Assembly: GCA_025201805.1 (NCBI GenBank)
Contig: MU619290.1
Coordinates: 154,635 to 198,681, forward strand
Length of the DNA stretch: 44,047 bases
Source: Parasitella parasitica NRRL 2501
Lineage: Eukaryota > Fungi > Mucoromycota
Reading direction: 5' to 3'
Part shown: positions 14,324 through 26,142 of the stretch, piece by piece
How positions within the stretch are numbered: the first letter of the stretch is position 1
Layout: every line of letters starts with the position of its first letter
Program-made: the position numbers and the translations under genes
Notes under the pieces: model-generated
The model's database searches: none
Told to the model about the DNA's origin: nothing
The model's input: the letters and a program-made list of their open reading frames with translations, nothing else

Positions 14324-15242
14324 TTTTTTTTTGTATATGATAAAAAGAAGACGAAAGAAAGGCCAAGTAAATGATGGCAAAAAAGAAGGCCATTTTATAC
14401 ATACTTGCACATTTTAGACATCTTGTGATACATTTGTCACGTAAACAGCCAAGCAAGGTGCATGATCATTCTCTCTATGATGTTTTGTGAGGCACATGTA
14501 TCATAATGAATATATAGTAAAGATAAGGGATCATCACAGTATAGAAAATGTTTAAAATTGGCACAATAAATGCTCAAGCATTATTTTTACATAAGGAACT
14601 ATGCTTGCCCATTATTTTTTTTTTACTTACATGGCCAAACATGAAAAGGAGCCCCGCTTGATGCCTCGACCCGATTCAACACATGCTGTAGGATGCAGAG
14701 TTTTATTGTACCTGTTAATATCTGGTAGAAGATTCCTATTCCGATTTCGATCCTCAAACTGTGAAAGACACAACTCAAATAACAGAGATCAGGTGTATGT
14801 GAACTCTTCATTCTATGGAGGTTCTGATAATGGCTCTGGCATTGTCAATGGGAAAAATAGCAGGACGCTTTTTGTTCCAGTTCACCATGAGGACACGCCT
14901 ATGCTTACTGATCCAGCTTATGATGATTTCAACAAATCTGAAGAAGTGAACTTTCGTTTTGATGAGGTTAATAAATTGCCCAAACGTCTGGGTTGCCACT
15001 CCGCCTAACTAAAGACAATGCACCAGAGGTCGTCAGCCAGTTGATGTGCATTTTGAAAACTGCAAGCATCATATATTGAATTCCTATTAGAAACCAAAAT
15101 TTCAGAGAGTGCCTATATTGATATCAAGATTTTAGCATTCCCCCCACAGATGTACGCCTTCTAATTTTGCCAAGCATTGTGTATATAGCAAACTAAGGCT
15201 GATTTATACTTATGTACAGTAAAATCGAGTTTATTATGTAGA

Positions 15243-17135
15243 TCAATCTACTAAAGACGACGCAGTGGCATACATTTCCACAAGTTTGGGATATACACTG
15301 TTGAATATATTCCAGCACACTTCGACACGAGCTGGCTCAAACATGGAAAAATTCAGCTCAGCAGGTGAATTCGCAGCTGTATGATGATTAGCATGAATAT
15401 TATCTAGCCTAGATTTCTCGGCTGTCGGGTCCAAATCCTCATCATCTTCATCTTCATCGTTCAGATAAAAAGAGTTCGTATTTGCATAAGCTGTGATGGT
15501 TCCTGGTTTTGGCCGTAGATTTGGACGGTTCTGGTATAGTGCAGCGAATGCATTGTCTATTGTATGTCTTGCTCTGAATGAAATGTTTATTTGTATGGGC
15601 GCATCTTCTTTAATGAAATCTTCATACAATCGGATGAAATCAGGATAGAGTTTGTATGGAATAGGGATAGCCATGAACTTCTTCAAAGCAAGGTCCTTGT
15701 CAATGTCTTGCTTCTGATTTGCGCCTGTTTCGTGATTGGCGAAGGGTGTCGTGCTAGAAAGAATTTTAAATGGTAACGTAGGTGATTTTTTTGTAAGGGA
15801 GTTGATCCAATTCTTTGAGGTGCTACTGTGATTTATGTTATCGGCATGATGCGCGTACTCTCCTCTAAATTTCTCCTCTAGTTTCAAATACTTTTCGTAA
15901 AAGATGACATTTTCAGAGCTTAAATCACGGATAGCTAGATCTTGCAGCTGAACTACCATGTCCGGATCTGCCAACGTACGTTCCAAAGACTCCATCGATA
16001 ATTCAGGCAATATTGCCGCCGTAGTGATTGCTTCCTCGTTGTCAATACGTCTTATTGATTCGCAAGACAGGAACCTTACTATTTGAATAGAGAACTTTTT
16101 AAGCTTGTATTGGCACTGTGTCCAGTATTTGTTCTCTATTGGGATGTAACCTATAACTGGGAGCACCACAGAGAAGAAATGTGCTGTGGCAGTAAAAAAT
16201 ACTACCCAATTTGCAGGGCCAAATGATTTGCTAATATATATTTGCAGTTCTTTGTAGTTGTCGTAGATGTTAAAGATGTACCAGAAAAGATAAAGTATGA
16301 AGAATGGTATTCCAACCAAAGCATCTATGAAGACTTCAGTGCGAATGCCATGTGCGTCTGAATTATTCCGCAGATACCATATCATAAAAGGGACTAGGAC
16401 AAAGATAAAGAGAGCGTACAATCCTGCCAGTAAGCCCGAACCCCACTTCACATAGCAAGTGCCCAAAGATTGCATTGCCATTATCTCAGACGGCAGAGCG
16501 ACGACAAAGATTAAGAATATGGACAAGAGATAAAGGCAATACGGCAGCATGGTGCGATACTTTTGCTTATGAGTGCGCTTCAGATACCATTGATAATCGA
16601 CGTCGTTGATGCATGCCAGTCTATCAGCAGTTGACATGCGTAGATATCTGACCTTGAGTTGATTGAATCGAAACAAATAGTGTAAACGATAAGCTCGTAG
16701 TGTAAATGCATAAATCCATGTGTAGAATCCAAAAGCGACACCCCACAGCACTAATTGGCATCCCACATCGTTGTTGAATGATTGTGTCATAAACATGCTT
16801 GTGCTAAACACAAGATGGCCAAAAGCACCCAGAGTCGTTGCTGATACGGATCTCTTTTGAAGAGATTGCCGTTTCCTGAGTTTTCGTAGCTCTTTTGGGT
16901 TCAATTTATTGCTGTAGGTCACTGTTGTGCGCCCCGTAGCACAGTATATGAATAAAAAAGTTGTTGCTATCACAAAAATGGCATTAGAAATAGCAGTGCC
17001 TAGATATATTCGAGCCGCAATTCTCTTTTTTCGCTCGAAATAGCACGTTGATATTCCACTGATAGTTGTATTGTAGTGATCAACCAAGACTTTTTGATCT
17101 TGGCATTGGTATATGGGTTCTGTACAATAGTACAT
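15243..17135 (-). CDS. 7TM receptor fused to a C-terminal RGS domain (GprK / class VI fungal GPCR-like), ~630 aa
   Basis: About 7 hydrophobic helices include RAYRLHYLF and NSDAHGIRTE. RGS motifs follow: SLERTLADP...LAIRDLSSENVIFYE, LYEDFIKEDAPIQINIS and FEPARVEVCWNIFNSVYPK. The likely start is MYYCTE at 17135. Confidence 0.88.
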   Translation of the reverse strand: MYYCTEPIYQCQDQKVLVDHYNTTISGISTCYFERKKRIAARIYLGTAISNAIFVIATTFLFIYCATGRTTVTYSNKLNPKELRKLRKRQSLQKRSVSATTLGAFGHLVFSTSMFMTQSFNNDVGCQLVLWGVAFGFYTWIYAFTLRAYRLHYLFRFNQLKVRYLRMSTADRLACINDVDYQWYLKRTHKQKYRTMLPYCLYLLSIFLIFVVALPSEIMAMQSLGTCYVKWGSGLLAGLYALFIFVLVPFMIWYLRNNSDAHGIRTEVFIDALVGIPFFILYLFWYIFNIYDNYKELQIYISKSFGPANWVVFFTATAHFFSVVLPVIGYIPIENKYWTQCQYKLKKFSIQIVRFLSCESIRRIDNEEAITTAAILPELSMESLERTLADPDMVVQLQDLAIRDLSSENVIFYEKYLKLEEKFRGEYAHHADNINHSSTSKNWINSLTKKSPTLPFKILSSTTPFANHETGANQKQDIDKDLALKKFMAIPIPYKLYPDFIRLYEDFIKEDAPIQINISFRARHTIDNAFAALYQNRPNLRPKPGTITAYANTNSFYLNDEDEDDEDLDPTAEKSRLDNIHANHHTAANSPAELNFSMFEPARVEVCWNIFNSVYPKLVEMYATASSLVD

Positions 17136-17772
17136 TATGGAAGCCCTATAAAAAATAAAGATAAAGTTTGTCAATTTCTAGATCAAATGTCAAAGGATTT
17201 GCTCTACATTACTGATCGCTCTGTGTATATGTATATGTGTATAGTATATAATGGAAAAAGGTGCAAAAGAAATATCCCGATAAGTGAACAAGAACCCTTT
17301 TATGAAGGAGACACATAATTGGACAGCAAACTGTTATTGGAGGAATCTTTGTTGTTGATAACTGCTCTCACGGATTTTACTACTGCTCCAATAACTGTTT
17401 GATTTGGATGCTTATATAATTATTAAGTTTAGCTCATGCATTCTGGAAGGGAATCAAGTGGAAGCTGTGCATTTAATTCGTCGCGTTTAAATTAGGGCAT
17501 CCTCTTATCGAGATTTCTTTAAACTACCGTTTCTGACTATTCCCAGCTCCAGGTAGCTTTAGGATAAAACCAAAATGAACCTATTGGTACTTTGACGAAA
17601 CATCAACATGTTCCAAAATGAGACTTCAGTAACACTATTGTATCTCATGCGAAATTCAAGAGCAAAGTACTGGAAAAGCATTCCATATGTGACTCTTGGA
17701 AGTCGTAGTCATAATTACCAGACTGGATGAATTCAAGTACGTTTTAATCTTGTTCAATACTACTGAATAAAC

Positions 17773-18573
17773 ATGACAAAAATTACACATTGCATCTTTG
17801 ACATGGTATGTCAACTTATAAGCAGTCGAGACTACAGTCGAGTAACACTTTGTATGATTAGGATGGTCTTTTATTAGACACGGAGCGTGTTTATACTGAA
17901 GTGACTCAGCAGATATTAGATCAACATGCAAATGGCGACAGGTTCACTTGGGATGTCAAGAGTAGACTCATGGGTCTCTCTGGAAATGAGTCCGCCACTA
18001 TTGTTGTAGAGACATACAAGCTACCCATGTCTGTCGAAGTCTATTTGGAAACAACAGCTGTTATCCAAGAAGACCTATTTCCTCATGTCAAGTTGCTTTC
18101 TGGCGTTGAAAAGCTAGTTCGTCATCTGCATGCTCACAACATACCCATTGCAGTAGCAACCTCATCCACTCGCTCCAAATTCGAACTAAAGACATCTTTG
18201 CATAAAAAGTTTTTTGAATTGTTTGATGTTATTATATGTGGTGATGACAAGGAGATAAAAAATGCTAAACCTTCGCCTGATTTGTTTTTGGCAGCTCAAA
18301 AGCACTTTAAGAATCCACCCTCGGAAAACTGTCTGGTATTTGAAGATGCTATTAATGGTGTTCAAGCAGGTTTAAATGCAAAAATGAAGGTAAGAGGACC
18401 GCATAGTGTCATAGTGTGTTTAATAATAATTTGTAATTATTTAGGTTGTTTGGATTCCTGATGAAAATATCAAAAAGCTTACTGGTGACGAAAACCATGG
18501 TGCCACTTTGGTTATCAACTCTATGGCTGATTTTGTGCCTGAACAATTCTCATTACCAGCTTTTAAAGAATAA
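17773..18573 (+). CDS. HAD-superfamily phosphatase (pseudouridine-5'-phosphatase HDHD1/PUDP-like); 3 exons: 17773-17805, 17862-18389, 18445-18573
   Basis: Spliced motif I CIFDM|DGLLLDTE, motif II VATSS, motif III AKPSPDLFL and motif IV CLVFEDAING. Confidence 0.9.
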
Positions 18574-19180
18574 ATATTATCATGCGGTACGCTGTGCATT
18601 CTGAATTTGGGTACTAGTCCAGAAATTGATACATTATTAATGAAAACCAATCAAATAGTTATATCATATTGTTGTGAGTGGGCATGTCCACAATAGGGTC
18701 ATGCGAGTAAGGCGTATAGCGCCAATAAACAAACAGTTAACACATATAAATATTCCAATGATTCATTATTAATAAACATCAGTTCTTTATCCCCTTGAAG
18801 TTAATTTTTCTAATACTGTATTTCCACTCTCAATTGGATAAATTTTTGAAAACGCTGGTCATATTTTCCAAAAAAATTGGCCCTTCTTCATTTTTATTAT
18901 TTGATATGCTTTCTCATTCTTATCTAGTAAATGGAAATTAAGTAACGATCAAATTTATTTTACCTGATAAAATGTATTCTAAATCTAAACGTGTTATTAG
19001 AAACGTGAATGTCATTTCTAATATAATTTTACTCGCGTGATTACTCCAACTGATGTAATAGTTATACACAAGAACAAACTGATGAAACATAGAAAACCAC
19101 TTTTCAACTTTGATTCTACTTTCTGCAAACCAAATGATCAACTAAAAACTTATTTGTGTGAGTATACAGCCGTATATATT

Positions 19181-19568
19181 GATTTGTCTAAACTGATTAT
19201 CATTTTTAGGCGACCAGGAAAAGCTCGATCTGTGTCAATATAGGGACAGAAAGCGTTTGGTATATGTAGTTTACCCGACCTAAAAAAAAGTCTTTTTGTT
19301 AGTACAGAAGATACATTTTGTTGTTTTTTCTCCACTCGATCAATGGACGACCAAACAAACATTCAGTTAAAATCTAAAGACACTGTTAAAAACCTAGAGG
19401 AGCATCCTACTACGCATTATCTGTTTTAGCTTTAAAAGTATGTCATCCAAAAATTTTTTTTATACAGTAAACTATGAAAAATCTGACATTTCGGCCTAAA
19501 TAACAAAATTTTGGTTTTTCTGTTTTATCGATTAAAATTCGCAATACAATTCGCTTTAATCTATGCAC
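19181..19568. repeat. Dispersed non-coding repeat (~0.37 kb); inverted copy at ~37871-38255
   Basis: Long near-identical blocks in reverse complement, e.g. CTCGATCTGTGTCAATATAGGGACAGAAAGCGTTTGGTATATGTAGTTTACCCGACC and AACCTAGAGGAGCATCCTACTACGCATTATC. Confidence 0.92.
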
Positions 19569-20864
19569 TTTATTATAAATATCACATATTTACTCATAAC
19601 TTGTGCTAAAATGACCGCAGAACCATGATCTAACTTGGAAAACTTAGTGTTAAATCACCTCTATCTGACAGCAACAGTTTTATTGATTTCTTTACTGATA
19701 TCTATAAAGTTATTATTAGTAGAAAACAGCTCCATACGTCGCCCAAAGTTGCCAGTGGCAAAAGTTTTTGAAATTCGAAGTTTTAAATATTCAAATTCCG
19801 TTTTTCAATGGGGTTTCACCTCATGTTGATTACTCTTTTATTATGTAAGAAATTAGCCTTTCTAAAAAGTATATCTTTTGACAGTTATAACAAAAGGAGC
19901 GTTTTAGAAGGAAATCGGATATAATGAAGCTAAAAAATTTATGGTTAAGAAGCTGCCCTCTCGTTATACAAAATTATTTCTATTGGAACACTTGTCATTG
20001 CCGCTAAACGTTAAGGTTGTTACGCAATACCATTAATGATGTCGAGGGTAAGCAATGTGGTTTGAGCATTACCTGTTTGTTATATGTGGAAGTTATCTCG
20101 GAGAAATCATAAATGATTATTTACGAGAATTGGCCTTGGGAATAACAAGGGATTTATATTTATTTTACGTTATGGCTTAATCTCAAGGTTTAGACATGTT
20201 TCAAGAATAAACTTATTGGTTGATTGTTTTCAGTTATTCAGTATCTCAATGAAACAGTGTTGAATAACCTTGTCGTAAAACTCTTTTTATGATTATTGTT
20301 TATCATCAATCCCGAAACTAGATGCCAAATAAATATAAACACGTCTGAAGAATATCAGATCATGGAATATATTTGAGATGGAACTATATCTTCTATGGAT
20401 ATGACTATTGTATCCATATGATGATTAAACTATTTATTCTTGTCTCCATATAACGGTTGTATATAGTGAAAATCAGAGGAAACACTAAGATAAAATACTT
20501 TTAAGATGTTGTTTTATTTTATGTTTTGATGAGGATCCTCTCATGGCTATGAATAAACTATCGCTACTTAGACTAAATGTGAAATGTAAAAGATAAAGAA
20601 ATCTACCATGATGGTGTGATGTATGATTGATCAATAAACCTGATAGAAAGATTGAAAGTAGATGTTGATGAAGATAGAAATTGACAGCTACAACATTAAT
20701 TAGTGTATTGTAGATATAAAAAATTTATGGACTTGTTTATAGGCAAGATCTTTAGGAATATACCTTTAGGTAACTGAAATCTTTATTAAAGTTTATATCA
20801 CAAAATTGACATTAAAGTTGTACAATCAAGCGGATAAACCAATGTACAAATCCTGTTCTACGAC

Positions 20865-20932
20865 ACATATGTCATATCTAGCTTAGTTATAATGTACGGA
20901 TTATGATATTAATTGTTGGTAAATCTTTTACA
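20865..20932. repeat. 68-bp dispersed repeat; direct copy at 43810-43877
   Basis: ACATATGTCATATCTA(G/A)CTTAGT(T/C)ATAA...ATGATATTAATTGTTG...TCTTTTACA occurs in both places with about 7 substitutions. Confidence 0.85.
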
Positions 20933-21140
20933 TGGTCTGCTAAGCAGCCTTTTTGTGATGCAGATGTCAGCATTGAGCAAAATTATTAACTGACTTGGTA
21001 GTAGGGTTACAGTCATAAACATTCACTACCCCCTTTATTATGTAATATTAAAACCTTCAAGACATCCTCGCACAAAAAAATGCAAAAGCGGAACATTTAT
21101 TCGGTTCAGCAACTCTTTTCAGTCTTTTGTTTTGGTAACC

Positions 21141-21503
21141 ATGTCTCATCATCCAAGTTACGCAATGGCTGCATTATGTACAGCAGGGTGAGAAACAGCG
21201 AAACATCTTTTGGGTCTGTAATTACTAATATGCTATAGTGGCATTGCAGGATACGCACGCTCCCGCTCAATTCCTTCCTTAGTCGCCGGTGTAGGTATCG
21301 GGTCCATGTATAGCGTGGCTAGTTATTTGATCAAAGAGAATAGATACTACGGACATGAAACTGGCGTTGCAGCATCTGCTATTTTGGCGATTAGTATGGT
21401 ACCAAAAGCAATGCGAACTAGAAGACCATTTCCCGTTACATTAGCTGTATGCTCAGTTGCCACTGGCGCATATTATACCAAAAAGATCATGGAATATTGG
21501 TAA
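21141..21503 (+). CDS. TMEM14-family small membrane protein; 2 exons: 21141-21187 and 21239-21503
   Basis: MSHHPSYAMAALCTAGGIAGYARSRSIPSLVAG matches the TMEM14 signature GGxxGY.R..S.PSLxAG. Confidence 0.9.
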
Positions 21504-21634
21504 CAATGCACGTGCTGTGCAGAATTCACACTTTGTTAATGGTTTAAATAATAAATCCCTTTTTTTGTCTGTATTACTTTTTTTTTCTTCCAATTCTATA
21601 ACCTGCCTTGAAAAAGTTTTAACATAAATTTAAG

Positions 21635-23658
21635 ATGAAAGGTAAATCAATTGCTTTGTAAACGGAGTCAGGCGTTTTAAAAGTTTGATTTTTTAGGTTT
21701 ACATGCGCAAGACAGATCAATATATCGAAAATTGTTTTCGATAGCAGATGTAGAGAAGAAGAGCTTCCTTATGAAAAAAGAAGCAATTTTATTCTTTTCA
21801 AACACTGGTGTCCCCGAAACATTCTTAGAAGCGGTAATTATCTGATATTTCATGTCAAAACAAAGATCTTCGTGATAATCACAACGATGCCCACTAGATT
21901 TGGATAATGGCTGATCGAGACCAAAAAGACTATATAGCAGAGACAGAATTTTACGTGGCTCTCAAGCTGATTGCGTGCGCTCAAAACGGTACGGAATCGA
22001 ATGATGACATTCTTTCAACACAAGGTATGCATGCAAAATAAAAATAAAGAATTATGAACCAATTTCAAGTAGATTAAAACCACAGAATACAGTTCCTGTA
22101 CCTCATTTCAAAGGCATCACACTTGGAACACAGCCCACTATGGAAATTGCATCAATCAATGCCAACGAACGAGAAGCCTACATAGGGGTTTTTCATTCGT
22201 GCAACCCTATCGATGGTTTACTGAATAGTAAGGTTTTATCTTAGTCGAGCCACTCAATCCCTATGTAACATCCCCGTATAGGTGAGCAAGCTTCTGAAAT
22301 ATTTAAAAAGTCAAACCTACCATCAGAAAGATTAGCAGAGATATGGGCACTTGCAAACACGCGAAACTCAGGCACATTGAATAAAACTGAATTCATCATT
22401 GCTATGCATTATATTTCTCGACTTATGAAGGATTTAGCCGGTGTACTACCTCCAACACTACCACCACAACTCTATGCAGAGGCATCTGGGCGTTTTGGCT
22501 CATCCATCTACAGACACAATACTACAGCAGTTAATAGGAGTCGGGCTAGTTCCACTGCATCTTTAGCAGGGTACACCACACCAATCATCAGTCATATGAT
22601 GACTACATCAGTCACTGCAAATGCTAATACAGCAACAGAAAATATTGTGCTTAGGTCAGAGGAAAAGGATCTATTTTTATCAGTTGGATATAGATGGATC
22701 AGGTTTTATTAATGCTGAGGAAGTAGTGTATTTCTTTAGCCATTCACAGCTACCAGACTCTGAGCTAGGTAGAATCTGGGAGATTGCAGACAGCCGCCGT
22801 ATTGGAAAGCTAGATTTGAATGATTTCTGTATTGCGATGCATTTGATCAATATGCGTAAACGAGGCGAAAGCATCGAAAAATGTGAGTGGTTCTTTTTTA
22901 ACATATAAAATGTTTTTAAAGTATTATCACTAATATCCAGATGAATCGAAAACAAGCCTTCAATCAACACCCCTCATTCAATATCAAACAGCATCACAAA
23001 CACAAGCAGATCTCAATATACGCTACGAACTAGAAAACCTGGTCATAGAGCTAAAACAGCAAGTAAATCACGAGTTTAAAAGGATCGCCGAATATCAAAG
23101 ACTACAAGAGTACACGTGGATATAATGGCACTTGAATCCAAGTGGGCGAAGGCTAAGCTAGCTGCTGAGAACGCAGCAAAAATGCTCAAGATTGAACAAA
23201 AGCAAAATAACGAGCTAACGGAAGTTTCGACCCTGGGATCCAGCTATTTATCCAAAGCACAGCCCATATATTCACCTAACACTGCAAATGCACTTGAGCT
23301 GACAAGAACGCCATCCTTATTTTCTGGGAACAGCTCGTTAATCTCACCTCGCAGTGATTTTGCTACAACATTTGATGCCTTTACGGGCTTCAAGGAAATA
23401 AACGCAGAGAGCAATAATCAACAACAAAGGACACAGCCGTTATCGCCTACCCAAAGCAAGGCAATATCGAAGTACGGGTTTGATATCACTGCATTTGATG
23501 TGCTGTCCATTGAAGACAGTAATGCATATCAAGAGCAAAAACCCTCTGTCAAAGATGATTTAGCAGCCTTGTTTGGTTCTTCAGCAACAGCGGCAGCTAC
23601 TATTGTTAAAAACAAAGATAATACCCCTACATTCGATAGCATTTTTTTGTCGTTTTGA
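21635..23658 (+). pseudogene. Triple EH-domain endocytic adaptor (Ede1/Eps15-like) with two apparent frameshifts (pseudogene or assembly errors)
   Basis: EH1 reads YRKLFSIAD...IWIMAD...EFYVALKLIACAQ, EH2 IFKKSNLPSERLAEIWALAN...EFIIAMHYI, and EH3 LDIDGSGFI...SQLPDSELGRIWEIAD...DFCIAMHLI, followed by a coiled coil. Five GT-AG introns are visible. Frame breaks near 22670 and 23112 are not explained by plausible introns. Confidence 0.8.
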
Positions 23659-23717
23659 GCAAATGATCTATAATACAATGAGAGTAATACATATGGACAT
23701 GTCTTCATTAATTATTT

Positions 23718-25168
23718 TCAAATGGTATCTTCGTTATAATGGCGAACAAAATTCAAAAAGTATCTTGATAACTCTTTGTCAGTCTCGTTGCCCTTGACTA
23801 AATTCATACAATGCGCCATTGGCACCAAATTTTTGATAGACCAGCAATAAGGTTGGTCCATGGACAACGAGATGGGTTTGCTATGGTCAAAAGTTAGGCT
23901 ATTGAATCTACCTGGTGTAAGAGTCAAAGGAGATCCAGTCATGTAACATCGCATGTCTCTTGATTTGACAGAATTAAAGAGTTGCTCTGCAGTTACAAAG
24001 TTGGCGGGGAGGTCCATAAAGTGATGATGGGCTCGTTTTTGCATGGCAATGACTCGTAGTTTGCAAACATGTCTGAGAGCATCATTGGAGGGCTTTGGTG
24101 GTATTCCACAACTAGTCTTTCCTGTCACAAGCCAGTAAATCAAATCCATCTTTTCCGATCTGTCTCTGACACAAGTAAACAAGCGAGAGCATCCTTCGCA
24201 CAGAGGCACACCGGGATTCATAACTTCTGGAGACGGATGAGACTCTGCAGGCCTAGACAATGGGAATAACGTGCGAGTGCCCCATAACATACTTCCGCAT
24301 TCCCTACAGGCTTGGGCATTTGGATGACGCTTTTCAACGAAAACGTAATTAGTATCCAATAGTATTCATTTGGAGCAATTCCTACCATTCTTGTCTTGTC
24401 AGTAAATCGAATATATTCGGTATATTGGTCGTGAGGGCGAATGTTGGGGGGAAAGAGGCTAGAGCGTGGGCCAGCACGACGAGCTTGTTTGCGCTTAACC
24501 CACGCTTGCTGTACATCCGTCAATGGCTTTCCGGTTAGCAACTCGGGATCAAGATCATCCAATTGAATAACATGGCGATCATCTACTCGTTCGATATAGC
24601 CATCTCTTACATCGGCGTCAATCTTTTGGGCCTGCATTTGATGAACATAGAACTGCCGATGTGCACTCTCCCGATCGTTTAGGTTGGGGAAACGAACTCT
24701 AGAAGGCGGTAAGCCTGCGCTGGCTCTTTCTCTTTCTCTGATATGTGCGTCTCTCAGCATTTGAAGGTGTTTAGGGAGCAATCTTGACGAGTATCTAGTG
24801 TTTTGGAATGAGCTGCTGCCAGCATAAGTAATAGGTGTCGGTCGAAAGGGCTTTGATTTCGAGCCTATAGCTCGTTTCTCCTTCTTTTGGATCCTCGAGC
24901 CTCGTGGATTGATATGCAGCATCGTCGTTACATGGTCTCTCATTTTCAGACTCTTTTTAATGATTGGAGTTTTGCCTTGCGTTTTTGCATTCGTAGCAAC
25001 TCTGATATGATTCAAGTTAAACGTAACCTTCTTCTTTTTGGCTTTTGAGCTCAATGGCCGTGATCTTTTGGTGGGTTGTGATTCCGATACACTTGAACTT
25101 TGCATTGGTAGGCTTTGTAATTCTTCATCCGAGTCATCGATGACAATGATATCCTGGGCAGTTGACAT
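23718..25168 (-). CDS. Hypothetical nuclear protein with CxxC pairs and a C-terminal HNH-type endonuclease domain; 2 exons: 25168-24386 and 24329-23718
   Basis: A 56-nt intron at 24385-24330 (GTAGGA...TACTAAT...AAAG) joins KTRM|RHPNAQAC. The protein has CRECG and CEGC, then RCYMTG...LTFDHSKP...SIKNLVPMAHCMNLVKG (DH-N-N pattern). Confidence 0.75.
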
Positions 25169-26132
25169 GTTTGTATTAAAAATACTGAGGGAAAGTGGAA
25201 ACAAAAGCGAAAAAGAAGAGAGAAACACGCCCTCCCGCTATTTATGCGGAGCTGCAGTCCCGTACTGTCAAGTTGATACATTGTTAGCATGTATTGCAGA
25301 CAACACAAAGTTAATAACCTTTTTTCGTGTATTTTGACACATATTTAGACTCATGTTGAATTATTTCACTTGCATACCTGTGTCTAGAGTTGATCTTGCT
25401 AGTGGTATTAAGACAAATATATAAGTGTTCATTCAGACAATTCGGGGTAAGCTGCGTCTTTTCAAAATTTAGTAGCCGTATATGTACCGAAAGCTCTCGC
25501 ATACGATTTCTTAAGCATCAGCCAGATACACACTACCTAATTACAATTGACAACTTCTATAGAAAAGTGTAATAAAAAAATCTAATATGGATGATAATAA
25601 GATGTCCGAAGCAGTGTATATCGTCATATTGTTGCATTAAGTGTAAGATTTAGTCTTTCAGATCCAAATACCTACTCACAAATACAATTCTTGAGAAATA
25701 ATCAGTCGGACAAGGAAATTCCTTATTGCAGCTTAGATATCGAAAAAATTCATATCAAAAGATTAATGATTAGGATATATGTATTTAACGAAATGGGGTC
25801 TTGACAAAAATCAATCAATTCCAGAGTTTTCAAAAGCTCTACCGAGCCATCAGTTCTTAAGCCTTAGGCAGAAAAAGTATGGGTTATCCACTGGATACAA
25901 CACTGATGAGGCTGTACTCTTCCACACAAAATTAAAGTTCAATGGACATTTACTCACAAACTCTATCGCCTTACAACGCCTCGCCTGTTCAAGTTGAAAG
26001 AGCAGACATTAGTCACCCATCGTGCCAGGCGGAATCAAGCTCATAAATGTAAATGCCACTATGACGATGACCAACAGTATAGAATCAAAAGTTTGTTTTT
26101 GATTCTTTTTTTTTTTTTTTTTTTTTTTTTTT

Positions 26133-26142
26133 NNNNNNNNNN
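26133..26142. other. Assembly gap (10 N) after a poly-T run
   Basis: N characters in the sequence. Confidence 1.

Noticed and set aside
14601-15100. 135-aa ORF with FYGGSDNG, considered as a Fanzor/TnpB RuvC-I relic
   Set aside because: There is only one weak motif, with no RuvC-II/III or Zn finger. It is probably an unidentifiable gene relic.
20865-20932. RIP-like CpA-to-TpA changes relative to the 43810 copy
   Set aside because: There are only about 7 differences in total with mixed contexts, and RIP is not established in this lineage.
24330-24385. Apparent frameshift between ORFs 24218-25228 and 23718-24359
   Set aside because: It is fully explained by a 56-nt GT-AG intron with a TACTAAT branch site.
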